DNA of 64,000 bases from an uncultured Bacteroidaceae bacterium (lineage in GTDB: Bacteria; Bacteroidota; Bacteroidia; Bacteroidales; GCA-2748055): assembly GCA_964426915.1 (NCBI GenBank), contig CAYRTD010000002.1, positions 5,059 to 69,058 on the forward strand, in the 5' to 3' direction. A model generated the notes under the pieces. The model had not been told where the DNA came from, made no database searches, and was given only the letters and a program-made list of their open reading frames with translations. Shown here piece by piece: positions 26,204-34,885 of this stretch; the first letter of the stretch is position 1; each line of letters begins with the position of its first letter. A program made the translations under genes and the position numbers.

Positions 26204-29200
26204 ATGAAAAAACATTTAAAGATCCTTATTTTCCTGACATCCTGTTTTATCTTCCAGGTCCCTGTCCACTCTCAGTATTTTGGAAAAAATAAAGTCAATT
26301 ATGAAGTATTTGACTTTAAAATCTATGAAACTCCTCATTTTAAGATATATCATTATATTGAAGATGAAGAGGAGGTAGAGAATTTTGCACGATTATGTGA
26401 AAGATGGTATGAACGTCATCAGGAGATTTTCTTTGACACTCTTGTATCAAAAAAACCTGTCATACTTTATAATGATCACCCTGACTTTCAGCAAACCACT
26501 GCCGTTCAGAGTATTATAGGTGTTGGTACCGGCGGTGTAACGGAAGGCTACCGTCAACGTTTAATCATGCCGTATTCTGCTTCTAACAGTGAAACAAATC
26601 ATGTTCTGGGGCATGAGATGGTCCATGTTTATCAGTATAATGTTTTTAAAAAACAGGATAGCCTGGGTTTACGATCAATAGGAAATGTGCCGATATGGAT
26701 GATTGAAGGTTTAGCAGAATACCTCTCAGTTGGCAGGTCAGATGTAAAAACAGCCATGTGGATGCGTGATGCAGTTCAGCAGGATGATATTCCAACATTC
26801 AGGCAGATGTCCAGAGAGCCAAATGAATATTTCCCATACCGGTATGGTCATGCTTTTTGGGTTTATTTGACGGGCTTATACGGTGATGGAATTATCCGCC
26901 CTTTATTATTTGGAACAGGAAAAAGTGGGTATGAAAAGGCGTTGGATAGTCTGACAAGCTTTTCTGCTGACTCTCTTTCTCAATTGTGGGCAATAAAGCT
27001 AAAAGAAACTCACTCACCATATCTGGAAGGCAAAAAAGAGAGTATAGGCGAGAAATTATTTGACGTTTCCAATGCAGGAGAAATGAACATTGCACCCTCA
27101 ATCAGCCCCGATGGTGAAGATCTTATTTTCATTTCAGACAAAAATGTACTTTCTATCGATTATTTCCTGGCTGACATCAATGAAAAAACGATTACCAAAC
27201 AAATCACCAATGTAGTCCGTGGGGCTCATATTGATGCTTATAGTTTTCTGGAATCTGCCGGAACATGGAGTCCCGATGGAAAACATTTTGCAATCACTAC
27301 TTTTATCCAGGGAAGAAATAAATTATTGATTGTGAATTTAGAACAGGAAAAAATTGTCAATACCATTGAGCCAGGAAAACTGGAGAGTTTTAACAATCCC
27401 CGGTGGTCACCCGATGGAAAAAAAATCCTGTTGTCAGGTCTAAAAAGCGGAAATAGTGACATTTATCTTTATCATCTGGAAACAGAGCAACTTGAACAAT
27501 TAACGGATGATGAATATTCTGATCTCCTGCCCAGCTGGTCGCCAGACGGTTCGAAAGTTGTTTTTGTTAGCGACCGGAGTAGGGAGACTGATTTTCAGCA
27601 ACTTAAATACGGTAATTTCAAAATGACCATTTATGATCTTGAAGCAGGTAATCTGCAAAATATCAACATTTTGGAAGGAGCTGACATTTTTAATCCAATG
27701 TATTCTCCCGATGGTTCAGAAATTTATTTTGTTTCTAATGCAAATGGCTACAGAAATCTGTACCGCTATAATCCGGAAAGCCAGGAAACCAGAAAGCTGA
27801 CTGATTTTCAGACGGGAGTTTCCGGGATTACTGACATGTCGCCCTGTTTCGATATTTCTCATGCCAGTGAAGAACTTGTATATATTCTATATAGAAATGA
27901 TGATTATACTTTATATAAACAGAATCTGTCAGAACTTGACGGGCCCCTGTTCACTTCCATGGATGTTGATCTTCAGGCTGCCGAAATAGTGGCTTCTGAG
28001 GAAGACAAAAGAAGAGTCATTATAGATGAAGTTCTTGAGGAATATCCTGAGGCCGATACCAGCCGGTTTAAATACAGACCTTATGACAAGGCATTTTCGC
28101 TGGAAACTATTGGAAACACAGGAATCGGAGTTGGAGCCAGCCGGTATGGTACCGGAATGGCCGGCGGGATAAGTTTGCTTTTCTCTGATGTGCTCAGGCG
28201 GCATCTGCTGATGACAGCTCTTCAGGTCCAGGGGAGGATCTATGATATTGCCGGGCAGGTTTATTATTTGAATCAAAAAACCCGCTTTAACTGGGGTGCT
28301 TCATTCAGTCATGTCCCTTATCGGTCCTCAAGGGCATTTTTAAAAAGGGATACAACAGAGGAAATGGTGATAACAAATCTTGTATTAATGCAACAGAGAA
28401 CTTTTGAAGATGAACTCAGTTTAATGGGCCAGTACCCTCTATCCAAAAAGCTACGGATTGAAGGCGGAATAACTGCCAGCAGATATAGTTTCAGGATTGA
28501 CAGTATAAATAATTATTATTCCGGAAATCTCAGACTTGGAAGAGAATCTCAACAGGTTGATGCTCCCGATCCATTTTACCTGTACAGATCTTATCTGGCT
28601 TATGTAGGGGACAATTCAACCTTTGGACTTACTTCACCGATGAGGGGATATCGTTATCGCTTCCAGGGAGAAAGGGTTTTTGGGGAATTCGGATATTGGG
28701 GAGTTCTTACTGATTACCGTAAATATTTTTTCTTTTCACCTTCAGCTTTAGGATTTCGTCTTATGCATTATGGACGCTATGGAAGAAGTGCAGATGAACT
28801 TTATCCTATGTTCCTTGGAAATCAGTATTATGTAAGAGGCTATAGTTATGGTTCTATGAGCAGGACACGATGTAATGCTCCGAACTGTCTGAGTGTTAAC
28901 AATCTTGTCGGAAGTAAAATTTTTGTTGGAAATGTGGAATTCCGTTATCCTCTATCCGGTCCCAAACGATTAGCATTAATAAAATCAAGATTGTTTTTCA
29001 GTGATCTGGTACTTTTCGCGGATGGAGGTCTTGTCTGGTCCGATTTTGAAGATATTGAATTCAACTGGGAGCCCAGGCAGGAGGATGAAGTACATATTCC
29101 CATATACAGTGCAGGCATAGCTGTCCGTATAAATCTTTTCGGAGCAATTATTCTCGAACCTTATTATGCATTTCCCTTCCAGCGGCCGGAAGCGAAATCT

Positions 29201-29242
29201 TCGGGGACTTTTGGTCTGCATCTTTCGGCCGGAGGATTCTAG
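26204..29242 (+). CDS. outer-membrane fusion protein: MA-clan metallopeptidase-like domain, PD40/TolB-like beta-propeller and Omp85-like beta-barrel
   Basis: 1012 aa from ATG 26204 (the ORF-track start 26126 is TTG). Signal peptide; HEMVH (26612-26626) followed by EGLAEY; at least five SPDG(x)xxxF(x)S propeller repeats; and a C-terminal barrel ending in GLHLSAGGF. Confidence 0.8.
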   Translation: MKKHLKILIFLTSCFIFQVPVHSQYFGKNKVNYEVFDFKIYETPHFKIYHYIEDEEEVENFARLCERWYERHQEIFFDTLVSKKPVILYNDHPDFQQTTAVQSIIGVGTGGVTEGYRQRLIMPYSASNSETNHVLGHEMVHVYQYNVFKKQDSLGLRSIGNVPIWMIEGLAEYLSVGRSDVKTAMWMRDAVQQDDIPTFRQMSREPNEYFPYRYGHAFWVYLTGLYGDGIIRPLLFGTGKSGYEKALDSLTSFSADSLSQLWAIKLKETHSPYLEGKKESIGEKLFDVSNAGEMNIAPSISPDGEDLIFISDKNVLSIDYFLADINEKTITKQITNVVRGAHIDAYSFLESAGTWSPDGKHFAITTFIQGRNKLLIVNLEQEKIVNTIEPGKLESFNNPRWSPDGKKILLSGLKSGNSDIYLYHLETEQLEQLTDDEYSDLLPSWSPDGSKVVFVSDRSRETDFQQLKYGNFKMTIYDLEAGNLQNINILEGADIFNPMYSPDGSEIYFVSNANGYRNLYRYNPESQETRKLTDFQTGVSGITDMSPCFDISHASEELVYILYRNDDYTLYKQNLSELDGPLFTSMDVDLQAAEIVASEEDKRRVIIDEVLEEYPEADTSRFKYRPYDKAFSLETIGNTGIGVGASRYGTGMAGGISLLFSDVLRRHLLMTALQVQGRIYDIAGQVYYLNQKTRFNWGASFSHVPYRSSRAFLKRDTTEEMVITNLVLMQQRTFEDELSLMGQYPLSKKLRIEGGITASRYSFRIDSINNYYSGNLRLGRESQQVDAPDPFYLYRSYLAYVGDNSTFGLTSPMRGYRYRFQGERVFGEFGYWGVLTDYRKYFFFSPSALGFRLMHYGRYGRSADELYPMFLGNQYYVRGYSYGSMSRTRCNAPNCLSVNNLVGSKIFVGNVEFRYPLSGPKRLALIKSRLFFSDLVLFADGGLVWSDFEDIEFNWEPRQEDEVHIPIYSAGIAVRINLFGAIILEPYYAFPFQRPEAKSSGTFGLHLSAGGF

Positions 29243-29637
29243 GATTGGGTTCTTTCGGTATTGGAGTTTAGAAATCTTAGGTGGATTTCGTGGTGACTCA
29301 AAATCGTATATTACTCGTCTGTCATTTTTGCCGTATAGCTTTATTTGCATGAAGCCCGATAGTACTGCAATGAAAAGGAATTGAATTCGATTTTTTTTAG
29401 AAAATGTACCTCCTGGACGATTTCTTATTGAAGAAAAATTCTTTTAGCATGGCTAAAACTATTAAATTTGTTTACTGATCTGTATTTTTTACTTCAGGGA
29501 AAGATAATACTACGGTGTATAGCCTGAAATAGCATTCATCTGCTGACTCTAATGCATCTTTGTCTTAAAACAGTGTATTTCGAGTGCCTAAAAAATACCA
29601 GGTCAAAGAGTGCTAACAAATTTTCTTATAAAACTTA

Positions 29638-31437
29638 ATGGATCTTACTAAAGAACAATATGATATAATTAACTCTACAGGTAATATTAAGATCAATGCA
29701 ATTGCCGGATCGGGGAAAACCACTACCCTGATTGAGTATGCCAGGGAACGTCCAAAGAAAAGTAAAATTCTTTACCTGGCTTTTAATAAATCGGTGAAGC
29801 TGGAAGCGATCAGAAAATTTACCGACAATGCTTTAAACAATGTAAAAGTTGAAACTGCTCATTCCCTGGCATATCGACATGTTGTACCCCGGAATGGTTA
29901 TAAAATCAGATCTCAGGGTTATAAAACACATGAAATTGCTGAATTACTGGGGCTTCAGGGTAATGGTGAAAAACATGAAGAGTACATTCTTGCCAATCAT
30001 ATTAATAAATTCATAACCTACTTTTGTAACAGTGATAAACCCAAAGTTCAGGATTTGAATTATCTTGATGTGGTTACGGATAATAAGGCCAGGGTTTTTG
30101 TTTCTCATTTTTACAGCCACATTGAAAAGCAAACACGGGTGATTTTGAGCAAGATGAATAAGGCTGAAATAGAAATCACCCATGATTTTTACCTAAAAAA
30201 ATTTCAACTTTCAAGTCCTTCTCTACCTTATGATTATATTCTTTTTGATGAGGCTCAGGATGCCTCTCCTGCAATGCTTGATGTATTTTTAAAGCAAAAA
30301 GCAACAAAAGTAATAGTTGGGGATACTCATCAACAAATTTATGGTTGGAGATACGCTGTAAACTCTCTCGAAAAGGTAGATTTTAAAAACTATAATCTAT
30401 CCTCCAGTTTTCGTTTCAGTCAGGATATTGCTGATCTTGCTATGGAAGTTCTGAAGTGGAAAAAATACATTAATCAGGAAAAGCACCTCCCGATAAAAGG
30501 TAAAGGTATCAGAAGTAAATCTGAATCTAAAGCATTCCTTGCAAGAACAAATCTTGGTTTGCTTCTGAAGGCGATAGGGCAGGTTACCGAGAACAAAAAA
30601 GTAAAAAAGATTTATTTTGAAGGTAATATCAATTCCTATACTTATGCTGAAGAGGGAGCCTCACTTTATGATGTGCTTAGCCTCTATAATTATAATCACG
30701 GGATTATCCGGGATAGGCTGATAAAGCAGATGAGGGACCTTGAAGAGCTGGAAGATTATATTGAAAAAACGGAAGACGTTCAACTGGGAATGATGGTAGA
30801 AATTGTAAAGGAATATGGCAATGAAATACCCGGTATAATCAAATCCATAAAAGAAAAGCATATAGCTGATAATGACAGGAAAAATGCAGATATGATCTTT
30901 TCAACCGTACACAGAAGCAAAGGAATGGAGTATGATATTGTTCATCTTGTTAACGATTTCATATCAGAGGAAAAATTGAAAAATTTAAAAAACAACAGTC
31001 CAAAAAGTGAAGAAATCAGTGAGGATAAGCTAAGGGAAGAAATCAATTTGTTATATGTAGCGGTAACCCGGGCAAAGAACAGTATATACATTCCCGAATC
31101 TCTTATGCCTGAAGGATTTCCTTCTTCCCCCCAGATTCATGTTACCAGAGAACTGGCAGTAAGTATGCAGGACGAAAATACTTCATTTAAGAATGCTATG
31201 GGCCGAAAATTATACGGAACCGGCACATATAACAAGGTATACGATGTACAAAAAGTGAAGACCAGACATAAGGATGCTTACAGGCCCTGGACGCAAGAGC
31301 TTGACGATGAGCTTACAATAATGTATTATGAAGGGGTTAATGTGAAGGATATGGCAAAACATTTCGGACGCTCCAGGGGTGCGATAAGGTCCAGAATCAG
31401 GAAACTGGAGCTTGAAGACCTGTATGGACAGATGTGA
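29638..31437 (+). CDS. UvrD/Rep-like superfamily-1 DNA helicase with a C-terminal Myb/SANT-like HTH
   Basis: 599 aa. Walker A AIAGSGKTTT, motif II ILFDEAQD, VGDTHQQIY, STVHRSKGMEYD and LLYVAVTRAK. The tail is RPWTQELDDELTIMYYEGVNVKDMAKHFGRSRGAIRSRIRKL. Confidence 0.85.
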   Translation: MDLTKEQYDIINSTGNIKINAIAGSGKTTTLIEYARERPKKSKILYLAFNKSVKLEAIRKFTDNALNNVKVETAHSLAYRHVVPRNGYKIRSQGYKTHEIAELLGLQGNGEKHEEYILANHINKFITYFCNSDKPKVQDLNYLDVVTDNKARVFVSHFYSHIEKQTRVILSKMNKAEIEITHDFYLKKFQLSSPSLPYDYILFDEAQDASPAMLDVFLKQKATKVIVGDTHQQIYGWRYAVNSLEKVDFKNYNLSSSFRFSQDIADLAMEVLKWKKYINQEKHLPIKGKGIRSKSESKAFLARTNLGLLLKAIGQVTENKKVKKIYFEGNINSYTYAEEGASLYDVLSLYNYNHGIIRDRLIKQMRDLEELEDYIEKTEDVQLGMMVEIVKEYGNEIPGIIKSIKEKHIADNDRKNADMIFSTVHRSKGMEYDIVHLVNDFISEEKLKNLKNNSPKSEEISEDKLREEINLLYVAVTRAKNSIYIPESLMPEGFPSSPQIHVTRELAVSMQDENTSFKNAMGRKLYGTGTYNKVYDVQKVKTRHKDAYRPWTQELDDELTIMYYEGVNVKDMAKHFGRSRGAIRSRIRKLELEDLYGQM

Positions 31438-31487
31438 GGACTATTCATAAATCATGGAAACTCTAAACTGCTTCAATTCTTTTTCAG

Positions 31488-31745
31488 TCAGATCTGGCTT
31501 AGGTCTTCCTCCAGTTTAAGCATTATCTCCAATGCCTCTTTACGGCTTTTTCCACAAACCAATTCTTCTGCTCTGAAATCTGCACATACCTTCGGACGCC
31601 CTGAATGGTTAAAAATTGCACAGCGATAATTTGCAGTCAGATGAATGCATCTTACCCCGGCTGGTTTTCCTTCGGGCATTCCGGGTATAGGTGAGCTTAT
31701 GGATGGAGCGATACAACAGGCCCCGCAGTTAGTACGACAATTCAT
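31488..31745 (-). CDS. YkgJ-family cysteine-cluster (CxxxCxxCC) protein
   Basis: 85 aa from ATG 31745 (the ORF-track start 31838 is TTG). It has MNCRTNCGACCIAP plus downstream Cys residues. Confidence 0.7.
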   Translation of the reverse strand: MNCRTNCGACCIAPSISSPIPGMPEGKPAGVRCIHLTANYRCAIFNHSGRPKVCADFRAEELVCGKSRKEALEIMLKLEEDLSQI

Positions 31746-31853
31746 TAATCTGAACTTACTTTTGCCACAAAAGTAAGTTTTTTTAGCTGTAAATGCGACT
31801 CGAAAAAAATTTTTATTAAAATCTGTCAATAGAGTCAAGAGGCAGTAACCTGT

Positions 31854-32525
31854 TTAAACCTTGTTAAATTCAATATCAAATTTCAAATTGATCATATCCC
31901 CGATATAATCATCCTTTAACTCATTAAAGACAGATTTGGATTTGAAATTAACCCCCCATTTGGTACGGTCGATGGCAAATTCATTGGTTCTTACACTGAC
32001 TTGATTGCCTTCTGCTTCTACCCTTGCAGGGAAGGTTATGCTTTTCGTTTGTCCTCTCATTGTGAGATTTCCTGTAATTTCATGGGTAGGCTCAATCCCT
32101 TCCAGGGTAGCTTCTCCTGAGTATTCATTAACAGAAACCATTTCAAATACAGCTTCTGGGTATTGCTCTGTGTAGAAAAAATCTTCAGATTTCAGATGTC
32201 CTACCAGGCGCCCATTCATATCCCCCTTAAGATCTTCATTTACGATGGAGTTCAGGTCAATGATAAATGTTCCTGCTGTAATATTTCCGTTTTCAAAATT
32301 TAATTTACCTTCTTCTGCCATAACGGTGCCATGATGTTCACCACCTGGCTTTGTGCCTCTCCACATAATTTTTGTTGATTGGGGATCCATTTTGAACTCA
32401 GAGCCGGATCCTTTTGCTGTTTCTTTTGCATCTCCGGTTTTTGCTTCTCTGGCATTTTCCGCATTGCAGGATGCTAATAATGCGATGATTCCAAGACCAT
32501 AAATAATTTTTCTCACTTTTTTCAT
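31854..32525 (-). CDS. YceI-family lipoprotein
   Basis: 223 aa. Lipobox (ALLASC) and the YceI-like pattern KIMWRGTKPGGEHHGTV ... GNLTMRGQTKSITFP. Confidence 0.8.
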   Translation of the reverse strand: MKKVRKIIYGLGIIALLASCNAENAREAKTGDAKETAKGSGSEFKMDPQSTKIMWRGTKPGGEHHGTVMAEEGKLNFENGNITAGTFIIDLNSIVNEDLKGDMNGRLVGHLKSEDFFYTEQYPEAVFEMVSVNEYSGEATLEGIEPTHEITGNLTMRGQTKSITFPARVEAEGNQVSVRTNEFAIDRTKWGVNFKSKSVFNELKDDYIGDMINLKFDIEFNKV

Positions 32526-32822
32526 ATATTTAGTTTTAAAGCTTTTAAACAGATTAAACTGAAAAATTGTTTACCAGCAACGGGCTTTTAACATAAAATT
32601 AGAATTTTTTTATTTGGAACTATAAAAATACCCGGCTTACATTGTCGCCCCCGGTTCATTTGCCTGTATTTAATCTGCTATCAGGAGCAGGGATAATCTG
32701 ATTCATTACCGGAAATAATCCCAGGTGAAAAAGAGGTGCAATAAAGAAGGAAAGACAGATAGTTTTGTTTTTCAGCAATTAAAAATATAATTTTATAAAA
32801 AAACGCAATCACACCTATTGAT

Positions 32823-34220
32823 ATGAGCGCAAAAAATAAAGTTATTATATTTTCAGTATTACTTGCTGTCCTGTTTTATTTTATTGACACACTTGTTTAT
32901 TTTCTGGTTTTCGCTGAGGGAAACTCTTTTTTGGAAGTTTTTATAACGGCAGTACCCCTGATTGAGATCTATAACCGTTTGCTTTTAATTGCCGGATTAG
33001 TTTTATTAGGCTTTATCAGCTCAGGGTTCATCAGCAACCTTTCTCTTGAAAATGAGTTTCTGAAAAATCAGACACCCGGGAAATCCGCCGGGTTGGATTC
33101 CAGTTTTATAACGGGATTATCTTATCAGATCCGCACTCCTCTTAATGCGATTGTTGGTTTTTCCGAATTATTAAAGGATCCAAATCTTTCTCTTCAGTCA
33201 AAACAGACCTATATTAATCACATCCATTCCAGCGGAAATTACCTGTTGCAATTGATCAACAACCTTTCTGATATTACTAAAATCGAGTCCAGGCAGATGA
33301 CAATTTCAAAATCTGAAACAAAGCTTAATGAGATGTTTGATGAATTATTTGCTTACTTCGGGGAACAAAAAAAAGAGATGGGGAAAGTTGATTTGAAACT
33401 TGAGGTTGTAAAAGGTAATAATGATCCTGAGTATGCTGTTTTTGTGGATCGCAGTCATTTAAAACAGGTGATGTCAAATTTAATCGAGAATGCATTAAAA
33501 CATACAGAAGAAGGCCTGGTTGAATTCGGATATAAGATAAAAGACAAAAAACTTCTTGAGTTTTATGTAAAAGATACAGGGCAGGGCTTCTCCATGGACA
33601 GACTTGAGAGTATTTTCAGCAGATACAATAAACTCACTGATAATCAAAATCAACCTTTCGATAGTGTTGCCCTGAGACTTACTATTTCAACAAGTCTTGT
33701 AAAATTAATGGGTGGACATATCCGCGCAAATTCAAAACCGGGTCAGGGCTCTACTTTCCTGTTTACATTACCTTTTTCCGATGTCGAAAAAAAGGAAGGT
33801 AAATCCAAAGCTTCTAAACCTGTTCGAAGCAAAGTGTCAAGTGAGCAGAACTGGGAAAACCGAAACATACTAATTGCAGAGGATGTGGAATCAAATTTTA
33901 TTTATTTACAGGAACTTTTAAAACCTACCGGGGCACATCTGATCTGGGCAAAAAATGGAAAAGAAGCAGTAAAAAACGTCAAAACAGATAAGAAGATTGA
34001 CCTCGTGCTAATGGATATTTTAATGCCTGAAATGGATGGATATGAAGCAACAAGAGAAATTAAGAAAATGCGGCCTGAACTACCTGTCATTGCACAGACT
34101 GCTTACAGTCTGGAGGGGGGTGATAATAAGGAAGATGTGAAGAGGTTTGATGATTTTCTTATAAAACCTATATGGTCTCCCCAATTAATTGAAGCTATTG
34201 AGAAACAGTTTTCAAAGTAG
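32823..34220 (+). CDS. hybrid sensor histidine kinase/response regulator with a degenerate H-box
   Basis: 465 aa. N-terminal TM helices; a DHp motif reading LSYQIRTPLNAIVGFSELL (Tyr where the phospho-His is expected); N, G1 and G2 boxes (NLIENALKHT, DTGQGF, GQGSTF); and a REC domain (LMDILMPEMDG, AQTAY, IKP). Confidence 0.85.
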   Translation: MSAKNKVIIFSVLLAVLFYFIDTLVYFLVFAEGNSFLEVFITAVPLIEIYNRLLLIAGLVLLGFISSGFISNLSLENEFLKNQTPGKSAGLDSSFITGLSYQIRTPLNAIVGFSELLKDPNLSLQSKQTYINHIHSSGNYLLQLINNLSDITKIESRQMTISKSETKLNEMFDELFAYFGEQKKEMGKVDLKLEVVKGNNDPEYAVFVDRSHLKQVMSNLIENALKHTEEGLVEFGYKIKDKKLLEFYVKDTGQGFSMDRLESIFSRYNKLTDNQNQPFDSVALRLTISTSLVKLMGGHIRANSKPGQGSTFLFTLPFSDVEKKEGKSKASKPVRSKVSSEQNWENRNILIAEDVESNFIYLQELLKPTGAHLIWAKNGKEAVKNVKTDKKIDLVLMDILMPEMDGYEATREIKKMRPELPVIAQTAYSLEGGDNKEDVKRFDDFLIKPIWSPQLIEAIEKQFSK

Positions 34221-34236
34221 TGATATCCGGAAAAAT

Positions 34237-34277
34237 GAGGGTGTCAAAAAATATTTTTAGACACCCTCTTTCTTTTT
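34237..34277. terminator. bidirectional rho-independent terminator between the kinase and hsp20
   Basis: GAGGGTGTC (34237-34245) pairs with GACACCCTC (34260-34268), a 9-bp stem. It is flanked by an A-run on the left and TTTCTTTTT on the right. Confidence 0.75.
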
Positions 34278-34707
34278 ATGAAATTTCAATTTGTTTCGGC
34301 CCTTTTTCAACGGCCTCAGGTTTTTTTGGAATGCTTACACTTAAAATGCCATTGTCGTGTTTGGCTTTTATTTTATCAGTATCAACTGAGTCTGGCAGTG
34401 AGAATGACCTGCTGAAGGAACTATAATGAAACTCACGTCTCATATAGTTTTCTTTCTCTTCCTTATCCTCAGTCTTCTTGTCGGAAGAAACCGTCAGAAC
34501 ATTGTTATTCAGATCAATTTTGAAATCTTTCTTGCTCATTCCCGGTGCAGCAAATTCAATTTTATATTTATCTTCTTCTTCGGATATATTTGCTGCCGGA
34601 ATAGTAGATCCAAAATTCTCACTTAAGGCAGACTTCATCAAAGTATTTCCAAAAAACTCGTCCCAGTTTTCCGGGAACCATGAACGTTTGTTAATGTTTG
34701 GTAACAT
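34276..34707 (-). CDS. Hsp20/alpha-crystallin family small heat-shock protein
   Basis: 143 aa from ATG 34707 (the ORF-track start 34836 adds an unlikely hydrophobic leader). Alpha-crystallin pattern YKIEFAAPGMSKKDFKIDL ... FSRSFSLPD ... AKHDNGILSVSIPK. Confidence 0.85.
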   Translation of the reverse strand: MLPNINKRSWFPENWDEFFGNTLMKSALSENFGSTIPAANISEEEDKYKIEFAAPGMSKKDFKIDLNNNVLTVSSDKKTEDKEEKENYMRREFHYSSFSRSFSLPDSVDTDKIKAKHDNGILSVSIPKKPEAVEKGPKQIEIS

Positions 34708-34885
34708 AGCTCGATCCTCCTTTTTTTTGGTTAGACTTTTATTCAATTTCTGATTAGAAATAATCAATTTATATACCATGAAGAATATGGTGACAAAATG
34801 TCGGATTTTGATAAATAAAAAATGACAATCCGACACTTCTGACTTGCGTATAAACCAAAATCAAGGGAAGCATGAGGGAAAAAAA

